Below, in pieces: positions 10,027-19,565 of a stretch of DNA of 25,284 nt (the stretch's first letter is position 1; the number at the start of each line of letters is the position of its first letter). The translations under genes and the position numbers were made by a program. Source of the DNA: Malacoraja senta (lineage: Eukaryota); contig JAXLNO010000563.1 of assembly GCA_038087875.1 (NCBI GenBank), forward strand, positions 186,001 through 211,284, given 5' to 3'. The notes below the pieces were generated by a model. The model had not been told where the DNA came from, searched no databases, and worked only from the letters and a program-made list of their open reading frames with translations.

Positions 10027-10186
10027 CAGAGGGTGGTGAATCTGTGGAATTCTTTGCTACAGAAGGCTGTGGAGGACGTCAGTGGATATATTTAAGGCAT
10101 AGATAGATTTGTGATTAGTACAGGTGGCAGAGGTTATGGAGAGGAGGCAGGAGAATGGGGTTAGGAGGGAGAGATAGATCAGCCAG
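10027..10186 (+). mobile_element. CR1 LINE 3' fragment
   Basis: cagagggtggtgaatctgtggaattctttgctacagaaggctgtggagg (QRVVNLWNSL..KAVE), homologous to 16870-17030. Confidence 0.8.
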
Positions 10187-10726
10187 AATAATGCCTAGGT
10201 TAGGGGGTACTAGTTGCAGGAAACATCACCCATTCCTTCTATCCAGAGATGCTGCCTGTTCCGCTGCGTTACTCCAGCTCATTTTCCCTTGTTGACTATT
10301 GTACCATTTGACTATAAATGCCTGTAGTTCCAATGCAGAAAAATCCTCCAGAATTCTACAATCCTCAAAGTCACAAAGGCTGCAAAGTGTTGTGACTTTC
10401 AATAGCTCCCTGATGTAAGAGTGAGAGGTAAACTGTGAGAAGTGGCAGAGACTAGAAAACTACGAGCTACTGTGACTTAAAAACTCATGGACAAAGCGAA
10501 GGAGTCACTGAAAACTTGCGAAGTCAATGGGCACTTTGCGGTACGGTCAAATAAGTGAGTCTGGAGAGTTGGTCCTATATAAAACACGGATTTATATATT
10601 TGTTTATAGAGCCAGACTTTTCTTTGTCTCATTGCTCAGACAACCAAAGTTGAAACACAGAGAGGAGACAAGTTTTGCATTGCACTGTTATTGAGGTCAT
10701 TTAGGATTTTAATACTGGAAAATTAA

Positions 10727-10770
10727 ATGTCCTGGCAGGTGCCACTTATAACAAACACCTGCCAGGACAT
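10727..10770. repeat. Perfect 15-bp inverted repeat with 14-nt spacer
   Basis: atgtcctggcaggtg (10727-10741) and cacctgccaggacat (10756-10770). Confidence 0.9.
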
Positions 10771-11483
10771 CAAGACTAATTACCAGACAGATGATGTCAC
10801 TTTAATCCAGGTTAAACAAATTTAACTCCTTTGTAAAGATGTTTTGATCCAGTGTCTTCTGGCAGGGTCGTACAATGCCCAATGAAATGGCAGCTGATAC
10901 TTTATGCAAATGGTGCTGGATTCTATCCCTGTGATGGACTTGGTGACATTAACTCTCTGTGCTGATTCCATGGATGTCTGAACAATTGTACCAGGAAGTT
11001 GAGCATGGAAAGACCGATTATATTTAATAATCCCACTCCCTTTGAGGTATTCTGGCTTCTATTATCTCATGTATGTAAATGAACAATGCAGATGATGGAA
11101 ATCTGAAATAAAACAGAAAATACTGGGAACATCAGCAGGTCGGGAAACATCTGTTGAAAAATGAAAATAAATAAATGTTTCAGGTCATAGACCTTTATTG
11201 GGAATTGGGAAAGGGAGATAAAGAAGGTACCTTTAAGTTGCAGACAAGGAGGAAGGAGGGATGGATGGGAAATGGGGACATCAGTGGAAGGAAGCGACCA
11301 GTGAAGTGGGTTCAGAAGGCCAGTTAGGCAGTGATTGTGACTAAGCCATGAGTCTCTGGAGAGTGACTTGCCCACACCTCCTCCAACCCCGCCTCTTGCA
11401 ATGATGCCATTCCCTACTCATTTGTCCATTTCTGCTGCTTCTACTCCTACATGAGGATATGTCTCCTCTTTGCCCAACACCTC

Positions 11484-11940
11484 TGCAGTTCTGGACGGCA
11501 ATTACAGGAAGGATGTGGAGGCTTGGGAAAGTGTGCAGGGGAGGTTCACCAGAATGATGCCTGGATTAGGGGGTACTAGCTACAGGGAGCAATTGGACAG
11601 ACTTGGATTCTTTTCGCTGGAACATTGGAGGTTGTGGAGAGAGTATATAAAATTATGAGAGGCACAGATAGGATACGGAGTAAGAAGCTTTCCCCCCCAT
11701 ATTAAAAAATAATCAAATACTAGAGGGCATAGCTTTACGATGAGAAGGACAAAGTTTAAAAGAGCGGGGCAAGTTTTTTACACAAGGTGTGGTGAGTACC
11801 TGGAACGTGCTGTCAGGGGTGATGGATGAGAATGATATGATAGTGGTATTCTAGCGATTTTTGGATCAACTTACGGATATGCAGGGAATGGAAGGATATG
11901 GATTATTTGTAAGAGTTGATCTTAGCATCAGGTTCGGCAC
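11484..11940 (+). mobile_element. CR1 LINE 3' fragment (older, diverged)
   Basis: YRKDVEAWESVQGRFTRMMPGLGGTSYREQLDRLGFFSLE, then TRGHS and acaaggtgtggtgagtacctggaac. Confidence 0.85.
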
Positions 11941-12472
11941 CTTAGCTTTAAAAAAACAAGTCCACATCTTCTCATTTTATCCTTGGGCAAGGGGATAAAA
12001 TGGGCAATATCTGATCCACTGACTCTCTCCAATGGAAATAAGCAGGAACTGAGACTGGGGAAAATAGGTATGCGCTGGTTAATATTCCACTTAGGTCTAT
12101 AATGTCTCTGGCAACCCTCTCCATCTCAGTTGGTGCGTTGGCCTGTCTTGTGGACCTGATTCAAAGATGGGGAAGGTCCCAGGGCTGGGGCTTGGATGTT
12201 GGTGGATGAGAAAAACCACTCCACCACCACTCACAAACCGATGCCATTAATGACCATCCTCACTGCTGACTCCACCTTCCCCAGAGCTTGCCGTCCAGCA
12301 AAAGTTAACACACACGTACATTTAATTGTCTGCTGCAGGGCCTCAGGCTTAATCAGATTCAGCACTCTGACGGTGAATGATTCCATTAGCTTAGAACAAA
12401 ACAATGTTTGCATAATATATAACCTGACTTAATTTCTCAGACACGATATTCAAAATCATCTTCATAAAACAG

Positions 12473-12479
12473 TATAAAA
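12473..12479 (+). promoter_or_regulatory. Candidate TATA box of the SOUL-family gene
   Basis: TATAAAA located 97 nt upstream of the ATG at 12570, with no ATG in between. Confidence 0.55.
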
Positions 12480-12569
12480 AGATTTGAACTCACGGCTCAG
12501 ACAGCAGATCCAGCTGGAGGTGTGGAGAGTGACTGGGTGCATTCAACAGTAACCAGAGCAGAGCCCAAG

Positions 12570-12701
12570 ATGCTGAGACTCTGTTTAACTCTCTCTGTCC
12601 TCCTGGGGCTGCAGGTTGCAGGAACAGGAGCAGATGAACGTGTGACAGAGGCGTGCAAGAGCATGATGTTTTATCCTGTCGGAAAAGTCAAAGTGTATGA
12701 T
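12570..12701 (+). CDS. SOUL/heme-binding protein 2-like, coding exon 1 (signal peptide)
   Basis: MLRLCLTLSVLLGLQVAGTGADERVTEACKSMMFYPVGKVKVYD, with a hydrophobic leader and aagATG context. Donor GAT|gtaagt at 12702, phase 0, matching exon 2. Confidence 0.8.
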
Positions 12702-13562
12702 GTAAGTACTTTTGGGAATTATCAGGGATGGATGGTAGGGAAGAGAGGATATTTGCTGTTCCACACTCAACTCAGGGTTAAATTCGTCCATTGTTTGAAA
12801 CCCATTCCTGAAATCCTCTGTTGTACATTGTTCTGTGTTTTGGAGCTCACCCTGACAGACCAGGATGGACCTTGGACTCAGTTTGCTGAGTATCTTCACT
12901 TCAACACTCCTCACTCCCTCTGGAGTTTATCCCAGAGGGAATGGGGAGTAAGGAATATTTCCTGTATACTGACTGCACAATTAGTTCCACTTTCAGTCTC
13001 AGAAATTATGTCACAGCTGAAATTAAAAATGTGATGAAGTTCCGACAACAGTTTAACATGAATAAAGATTTTTGTTCCGTGGATCGATGAACGTGAAGTC
13101 TGCCAATATTTAAAATATCACAACAAACAATATGATCATTGGAACCTTTTTTGTTCAAGAATACAGGATGGTGCAGGGAGTGTGGTTGTATCAGCACAGG
13201 GAGACAGGGGGAACAGAGGTGGGGAATGGTGGGGTCAAGGCCACAGAGACAACCTGTGGGGCAGTGTCAGGGCCGGCCCTAGGCCGATTGGACTGATTTT
13301 TCCATATTGGGCCCCGCCCAATATGGAATAATTTTCCGTATTTCATATGGTAATACAAATTCGCTTTGTTAATTAAAGATTTAAAAAAAAACATTCACCA
13401 TACAGATTTTTTTACAAAACTTACATGGTTTTGTACATGGAATACAAGCGCTGTATGGCTAACAGACACAAACGATGTGTTAATGACTGTAGCACTTGTG
13501 TTAACAGCCAGTAGTGTTAACAGCCAGATGTGTTAACAGCCGGTAGTTAACAAGTAGGTATC

Positions 13563-13737
13563 CAATGCGTCATCAATGCATTGATCCACATTCCTCAGTA
13601 AATGTGTAATTGTGTTTTAGAAGAAGTATTAATGACGCTGCGTTCCTTTGAATACAATTCACACGGCGTCATCAACCCTTCTTCAAAACATAATTAGATT
13701 TTACTGAGGAATGTAGATTGATGCATTAATGACATTG
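13563..13737. repeat. Imperfect fold-back (about 80-bp arms)
   Basis: acattcctcagtaaa pairs with tttactgaggaatgt, and gaagaag..tt.atgacgc pairs with gcgtcatcaacccttcttc. Confidence 0.85.
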
Positions 13738-13829
13738 AGAATTTCTTAAAACTCACCATCATGAGTGAGAACATCTTCTTGGTCTGCAGCAGGTTAGTCA
13801 TTCAATTTACCTACCGACCCACATTGTGG

Positions 13830-13946
13830 CTCTCTGTCTTTCGCTCTCTCCTACCCTCTCACGCGCTCTCTCTCTCCCGTGCGCTCTCTCTCTCTCCCGT
13901 GCGCGCTCTCTCTCTCCTGTTCCCCACCTCTCTCTCTAGCTCTCTC
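13830..13946. repeat. Degenerate (CT)n microsatellite
   Basis: Runs of ctctctctc interspersed with gcgc and ccgt. Confidence 0.85.
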
Positions 13947-13977
13947 GGCATTCCCGGAATCATTGACATTTTGCGGT

Positions 13978-14103
13978 ATACAAAAATGCTGGAGAAACTT
14001 AGCAGGTGAGGCAGCATCTATGGAGCGGAGGAAATATGCAACGTATCGAGTCGATACCCTTCTTCAGACCCGGCTATTTCCTTCGCTCCATAGATGCTGC
14101 CTC
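13978..14103. mobile_element. Penelope-like terminal fragments with a decayed hammerhead core
   Basis: acaaaaatgctggagaaacttagcaggtgaggcagcatctatggagc...acccttcttcagac, followed by an inverted piece ttccttcgctccatagatgctgcctca. Confidence 0.6.
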
Positions 14104-14140
14104 AAGCCCTGTCCCACTGTGCGAGTTCACCCAAGAGCTT

Positions 14141-14762
14141 AAAATCTCTGTGTAGCATCTCTGTTCCTATCTTCAAATTCCCACTTTGAAATAAAATACA
14201 GTTTTCGACTTAAACATTTTACAGCAGGATCGCGATTAGTCGATACCCACACATTTTCAATCATCGTTCGATTGTGTAATTTTCACACCTGGTTGATGTA
14301 TTTATTTTTAAAGATACAGTACATTACAATAAATAGTTTCAAGCATACCCGGTACTAAATGCACGAACAATAAGGTGGTTACTGATGTTACAAACGGTTA
14401 TAAATGAATATAATTTCAAAGTGAAATAGGAGATTTCCATGGAAAGAATATTTAACCAGAATATGGTGAGGTCGCTGCAAAATGCTCACAAAACAATACG
14501 CCGTTAACTCAGGATTGTTTCTTAGCCCTCTGACAGGTGTGTCAATCTAACCTCGTAGCGCGCTGTTAATCGATTCATAGCTATTAATTTTCATTCCTGG
14601 TCCATATCGAACTTCTCCAAATGTAAACGGGGGGGGGGGGGGAGGCTAGGATAAAATACCATATTTGGATAGCGACCCTGCTGCGAAATTTTTGTCGAAA
14701 GTTGTATTTCATTTCAAAGTGGGAATTGGAAGATAGGGACAGAGATGCTACACAGAGATTTT
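14141..14762. mobile_element. MITE-like segment bounded by 69-bp inverted repeats
   Basis: 14141-14209 versus the reverse complement of 14694-14762 shows 5 mismatches in 69 nt. No TSD recognised. Confidence 0.7.
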
Positions 14763-15408
14763 GGTAGGAAGGAAACGTTACAGCAGCTGAGTCAAATATT
14801 AGTCAAATGGTAGGTTCAATGAAGATCGGGCGAGGGGGATTGGGGGTGGGGGGAAGTATCTATAGCTTGGGACTTGCCTAAATGAGTACTGAGATGGATT
14901 ATCATTCCACACCAAATTTCTTATACAATAATACATTTTATGCAATTATCACAACATTTTGTTGGATATGGATCAACCTATGGTACATGCTCGTAAATTA
15001 GTAAAACAAATGTTCTTTAAGTACTGTTGTTTCTGGGTTGGGATTACTGATAACAAATAACCTACATTCTATATTTTGTCATAATGTGGCTGAAAATGGC
15101 ATATTTTGTGATATTTATTGGGCTAGAAAGATACAACTGAGTTTGGGCAAGATATTACCTTGCAACATTCTGTATGTCTGATAGATATTGTGAAATGGAA
15201 CTCAGAAATTAAGGGAGGATTACATAAAACTACAATTCAAAGGTAATGAATATACAGAGTATTCTTATTTCCATCATGAACATACTATAGTGATATAGGA
15301 CATCAGGTCCTACTACGGTAAACTCACGAGCTACTACGGTATGACTATGTGTTAAAAAGTATCAAATGTTTACATCCTGAGTATATTTTACATGTGGACA
15401 TTTTTCAA

Positions 15409-16392
15409 TGTCCACTTAACGGAGGAGGCGCTGTCCTGAACGGCTACCTGTCCTGCAGCTGTCCGTTTTTTTCCCTTCTTTTTTATTATTTTTAGTACGT
15501 TGAGGGTGCAGTCAGGGGGCCTAATCTTTTTATGTGTGGGGGGTGGTGGGGGGGAAGGGGGAAACTGCTTTTCGAGTCCCTACCTGGTCGGAGGGCTGCC
15601 TTCCTCCGAGCAGGGCCTTCGACCCGTCCTCGCGGCCCACCAGCGGGGCCTGGAGCGGCGTTTCCGGAGGGGACCTGGCCAGAACCTCGGCTTCGGCGGC
15701 GGCACAGCGCTGGAGCGCTGGAACGCTATCGCGGAGTGGGCGATGCCTTGTCTGGGTCGCCACGCTGGAACTCCGGTATGCTGGGACCGCCGATAAAAAC
15801 ATCGCGGAGCAGCGGGTCTGTGGAGCGCCCAGCTGCGGGGACTGCCGATGGAAACATCGCGGAGCCGCGGGTCTGTGGAGCGGCCAGCTGCGGGGACTGT
15901 CGATAAAAACATCGCGGAGCCGCGGGTCTGTGGAGCGGCCAGCTGCGGGCAGCAGCGCTGTCTTTAGCATCGCGGAGCCTGGGATCTCTCGCTGAGATCG
16001 CCAGTATGTGGAGCTCCGTCCAGAGCGGCCTGTTGGCTTGGAATCCGCGGTCTCCGGTAAGAAGGCGGCCGTTCCTGGCACCCCAAGCCGCTGAGAGGGT
16101 TCTCCCGACGCCGGGGGGTACCATCACCCAGCGAGAACGGCCAGGAACATCGAGCCTCCGTAGCGGCGACTGTGGATGCCTCAATAGGCCCGACTATGGG
16201 TGGACATGGGGATGGGAACTGGACTTTGTGCCTTCCCCCACAGTGGGAACCATTGTGGGGGGATGTTTTTATGTTTTAATGTTAAACTTCTTTAATGCTA
16301 TGTTGTATTTTTATTAGTGTGCTGCAAGGACATCTGAATTTCCCCTGAATAAGGGGATTAATAAAGTAAAATCAATCAATCAATCAATCAAA
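15409..16392 (+). mobile_element. GC/CpG-rich non-autonomous retroelement (SINE-like) with Rex1-type 3' tail
   Basis: Ends ctgaatttcccctgaataaggggattaataaagtaaaa(tcaa)n. It splits the palindrome atttttcaa|catgttgaaaaat of an older element and contains a 55-bp tandem repeat. Confidence 0.65.
15789..15950 (+). repeat. 55-bp tandem repeat x3
   Basis: g(c/t)cgat..aaacatcgcggagc.gcgggtctgtggagcg.ccagctgcggg begins at 15789, 15844 and 15899. Confidence 0.95.
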
Positions 16393-16452
16393 ACATGTTG
16401 AAAAATCTTCACGGGTTACCACGTTTCCCGAGTACCTGCCGTTAGCGCTAAG

Positions 16453-17104
16453 AAATGGCATGTTGGCCTTTATAACAAGAGGAATCGAATATAGGAGCAA
16501 AGAGGTCATTTCTGCAGTTGTACAGAGTTCTAGTGAGACCGCACCTGGAGTATTGTGTGCAGTTTTGGTCCCCTAATTTGAGGAAGGACATTCTTGTTAT
16601 TGAGGGAGAGCAGTGTAGGTTTACAAGGTTAATTCCCGGGATGGCAGGACTGTCATATGCTGAGAGAATGGAGCAGCTGGGCTTGTACACTCTGGAGTTT
16701 AGAAGGATGGGAGGGGATCTCATTGAAACATATAGGATTTGTTAAGGGCTTGGACACGCTAGAGGCAGGAAACATGTTCCCGATGTTGGGGGAGTCCAGA
16801 ACCAGGGGCCACAGTTTAAGAATAAGGGGTAAGCCATTTAGACGGAGACGAGGAAACACTTTTTCTCACAGAGAGTGGTGAGTGTGTGGAATTCTCTGCC
16901 TCAGAGGGCAGTGGAGGCAGGTTCTCTGGATGCTTTCAAGAGAGAGCTAGATAGGGCTCTTAAAAATAGCTGAGTCAGGGGATATGGGAAGAAGGCAGGA
17001 ACGGGGTACTGATTGTGGATGATCAGCCATGATCATATTGAATGGCGGTGCTGGCTCGAAGGGCCAAATGGCCTGCTCCTGAACCTATTGTTTATTGTCT
17101 ATTG
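16453..17104 (+). mobile_element. CR1 LINE, 5'-truncated, with 3' end
   Basis: LYRVLVRPHLEYCVQFWSPNLRKDI, RFTRLIPGM, LGLYTLEFRRMGGDLIETY, SRTRGHSLRIRG. The tail is ggcctgctcctgaacctattgtttattgtctattg. Confidence 0.93.
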
Positions 17105-17368
17105 AAATGTCCCGAGCTCCGACGTACCCTTCTTCAGACAATCACAAGCACTCTCACCGACGAGAGTTCAGTTCAGTCTGAAGAAGGGTCTTCTCTCCAG
17201 AGTCGCTGTGCTGCCTGTCCTGCTGAGCTACTCCAGCTTTTGTCTATTTTCAATTTCAGAGTTAGATAAAATTGCAGACTTGATTTTAAAATCTCAAAAT
17301 TTTGTAACATTGCTAGAAAATCTACCTGCATCTTGGAGGCCGAAGGTTAGGTTGTTAGCCAAGAAGGA

Positions 17369-17438
17369 TAGACTTTGTTATCCCTCAGTACAGCAACATC
17401 AAGAACGATGTTGCTGTACTGAGGGATAGCCAAGTCTA
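17369..17438. repeat. 70-nt hairpin with a perfect 22-bp core
   Basis: tatccctcagtacagcaacatc-aagaac-gatgttgctgtactgagggata (17379-17428), extended by tagactt/aagtcta. Confidence 0.93.
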
Positions 17439-17599
17439 GCTGATGGGAAGCGGCTGTAAAGTGGGAAGCGGCTGAAACAGGACAGCGCTGCTGGGGGGGG
17501 GGGGGGGAGTTCCTTTCAGAGCGTGTGAGTAGTCTGTCCAGGGGTAAAGTTGTGGGGAGGGCAGGGGGGTTGAGAAGGAGGGGGTCGGCCGGGGATCAT

Positions 17600-17791
17600 C
17601 CAGCTCAAGAGCGGGTCAGGGGGCGATGGATAACAGGACAGCGGGCGGTGGAGCTTACTCCATATGTCAGTGAGAGTAACCTCAATTGATCCCTTGTTCA
17701 CTCTAACACAGGAGTAAGCTCCACCGCCCGCTGTGATGTTACCCATCACCCGCTGACCCACTCCGCTCTATGATCTTTGCTCTTGAGCTGG
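17600..17791. repeat. GC-rich fold-back with a perfect 24-bp core
   Basis: acagcgggcggtggagcttactcc (17638-17661) pairs with ggagtaagctccaccgcccgctgt (17711-17734). The outer pair is ccagctcaagagc / gctcttgagctgg. Confidence 0.9.
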
Positions 17792-18705
17792 TCCCCTCAC
17801 TGTTCAGACGGAGAGCACTGCCAGAGGTGAGCGGGTCGGCAGAAGGCGCTGAGATGGCAGTCGGATCCGCTGGCCGGTGATGGAGGCTGCTCATAGCCAC
17901 GCGAGCTGCTTCCCTCCCCGGCCACAATGCGGTGGCGCCCGGAGCGCCGCGGCAGCGGTGAGTGAGTGTTACTGGCATGAACCCGACCCCCTCCTTCTCA
18001 ACGCTCCTTCCCTCCTCACAACTTTACCCCTGGCTAGACTCCCCACTTGCTGTGAAAGAAACTCTCCCCCGAATTGTCATGTTACTCACAACACGTGACT
18101 CATTTATAAATATTTATTTATATTTCTACGAAAATTATTCCCAATTGGGCGCCGTACCTCCTAAGGCCGGCCCTGGGCTATGTGGTCTGCGAGGTTATAA
18201 TAACCACACTCAGGGTATCCCGTCTATAGGAAGGTTGTGTTGAGTGTAGAGTCGTCTGTAGACTCAGACTCCTCCTGGTCTGGGTGCACCACAGACAGTG
18301 GGAGAACAGCTCCAATGTATCACCACAGCCCAGAACTGACAGAGCAGACACTGCCTCACCAATAGGACCCCTTCCCCACTTCACCCCATCATTACCAGTT
18401 GTGGCCCAGACCCCACTCCCTCTGGGGAATGGGCTGAGACTCCTCACACTCATCCTACACTGGAGCCTTTCTGTTTCCAGAGCAGCCTTTCACCTAATGT
18501 GGAAAGCCGGGGAACATTTTGCTTCTTTCAGCAAAGTTAACAGAAAATAGGGAATGAAAATATTCCAATATTTCTGTAACCAACTCAGTAGTTCAGTCCA
18601 CTCAGATCACTCATCAGACTCCCAAATCACAGCTCCCAACACAGATGCTGCCCCTAAACTTCACCACTATTCCATTGACTCCTCTCTTTCCTTTCATCAC
18701 TCTAG

Positions 18706-18835
18706 AATTATGAAGAGCTCCTTTTAACAAACCTGCAATGGCTTTATACGTTTGTTAATGGAACGGATTTGAAGACTGCAACAAAGATCGCCTTGGACAA
18801 ATTTTTTGATTATTCACATTTCAATAATGCTGCAG
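18706..18835 (+). CDS. SOUL/heme-binding protein 2-like, coding exon 2
   Basis: Strong acceptor cctctctttcctttcatcactctag, then NYEELLLTNLQWLYTFVNGTDLKTATKIALDKFFDYSHFNNAA(G), matching the SOUL pattern YEE...W...F.Y...N..G. Donor CAG|gtacg. 130 nt, phase 0 to 1. Confidence 0.88.
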
Positions 18836-19231
18836 GTACGTTAGTTATTTGTTCAATGTAACAGCGTGGAACGTGGCTTATGTCTCAGTGTCTGACCCAT
18901 CTTATTTCAAACTAGTGTGCAGGCAGGCAGACAGGATCCACATTTGGTCACTGGATGGTTTTCTGTGCTTCATGGAGTGTGAAGCACACAGGACAGAAGG
19001 AGGCCAGTCAGCCCTTCCTGTCCATGCTGGGCAAAAGCGGCAAACTCAACTCTTCCCAATTTCAATTCTATCACTCCCTGTGGTGAGATGACCAGAACTG
19101 TTCACAGTTCTCCAGTTGTGACTTCATTCATCATCCATACATTTCCAGGTTGAGCTGAGCTGACAAGGGAATTCAGCTGTGCAGGTACATTGGCTGAGGT
19201 TCCATTGGGGGAGTTCTAAAATCCACAATAT

Positions 19232-19565
19232 GCTGTATGTGTGTGTCTGCATTTGTACATGTGTGTGCGTATGTTTATGTGGGTGTGCCTGTGTGGGTGG
19301 GTGTGTGCGTGTCACAGTGTGCATGTGATTCTAATTTTGTGTGTGTGTGTGTATACATCTGAGTGAGTGTACGTGCATGTGTTTGTGTGTGAGTGTTTGC
19401 ATGATGCTAAGTGTATGTCTGTGTGTGTATCTGCACTTCTGTGTCTGTACATTTGTGACTGACTCTGTGTGTGTATATTTTAGTGTGTGCATGTGTCTGA
19501 GTGTGTGTGCTTGTATGTGCATGGGCGTGCGTGTGTGCGTTGGTGCGTGCATGTATATGCACGTG
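19232..19565. repeat. Degenerate (TG)n/(CA)n microsatellite
   Basis: About 330 bp of gtgtgt-rich sequence. Confidence 0.92.

Larger units (their letters stand above)
13268..18175. mobile_element. Non-autonomous hAT-type DNA transposon with nested insertions, in intron 1
   Basis: Terminal inverted repeats cagggccggccctagg (13268-13283) and cctaaggccggccctg (18160-18175), 15/16 match. Flanking 8-mers ggcagtgt and ggctatgt match 6/8, consistent with a decayed 8-bp TSD. No transposase seen. Confidence 0.75.

Noticed and set aside
10330..10560. Possible old MITE remnant with a small dyad (aaagtcacaa/ttgtgacttt)
   Set aside because: Too decayed to define ends or family from sequence alone.
12522..13034. 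170-aa ORF as a single-exon gene
   Set aside because: Only 12570-12701 is supported. The rest is read-through past a consensus donor (gtaagt) into intron.
15540..15660. HDV-like ribozyme suggested by CCG-TCCTCG-CGG followed by cccacc (which could pair with upstream ggtggg)
   Set aside because: I could not place the P1.1 GG, the P2 partner or the catalytic J4/2 strand. It needs an RNArobo/Infernal search on the family consensus.
15500..16317. Several overlapping 100-180 aa ORFs on both strands
   Set aside because: By-product of high GC and 55-bp repeats (not a multiple of 3), with no recognisable domain.
18575..18625. CTGATGAG on the minus strand as a hammerhead core
   Set aside because: No stem II followed by GAAA.
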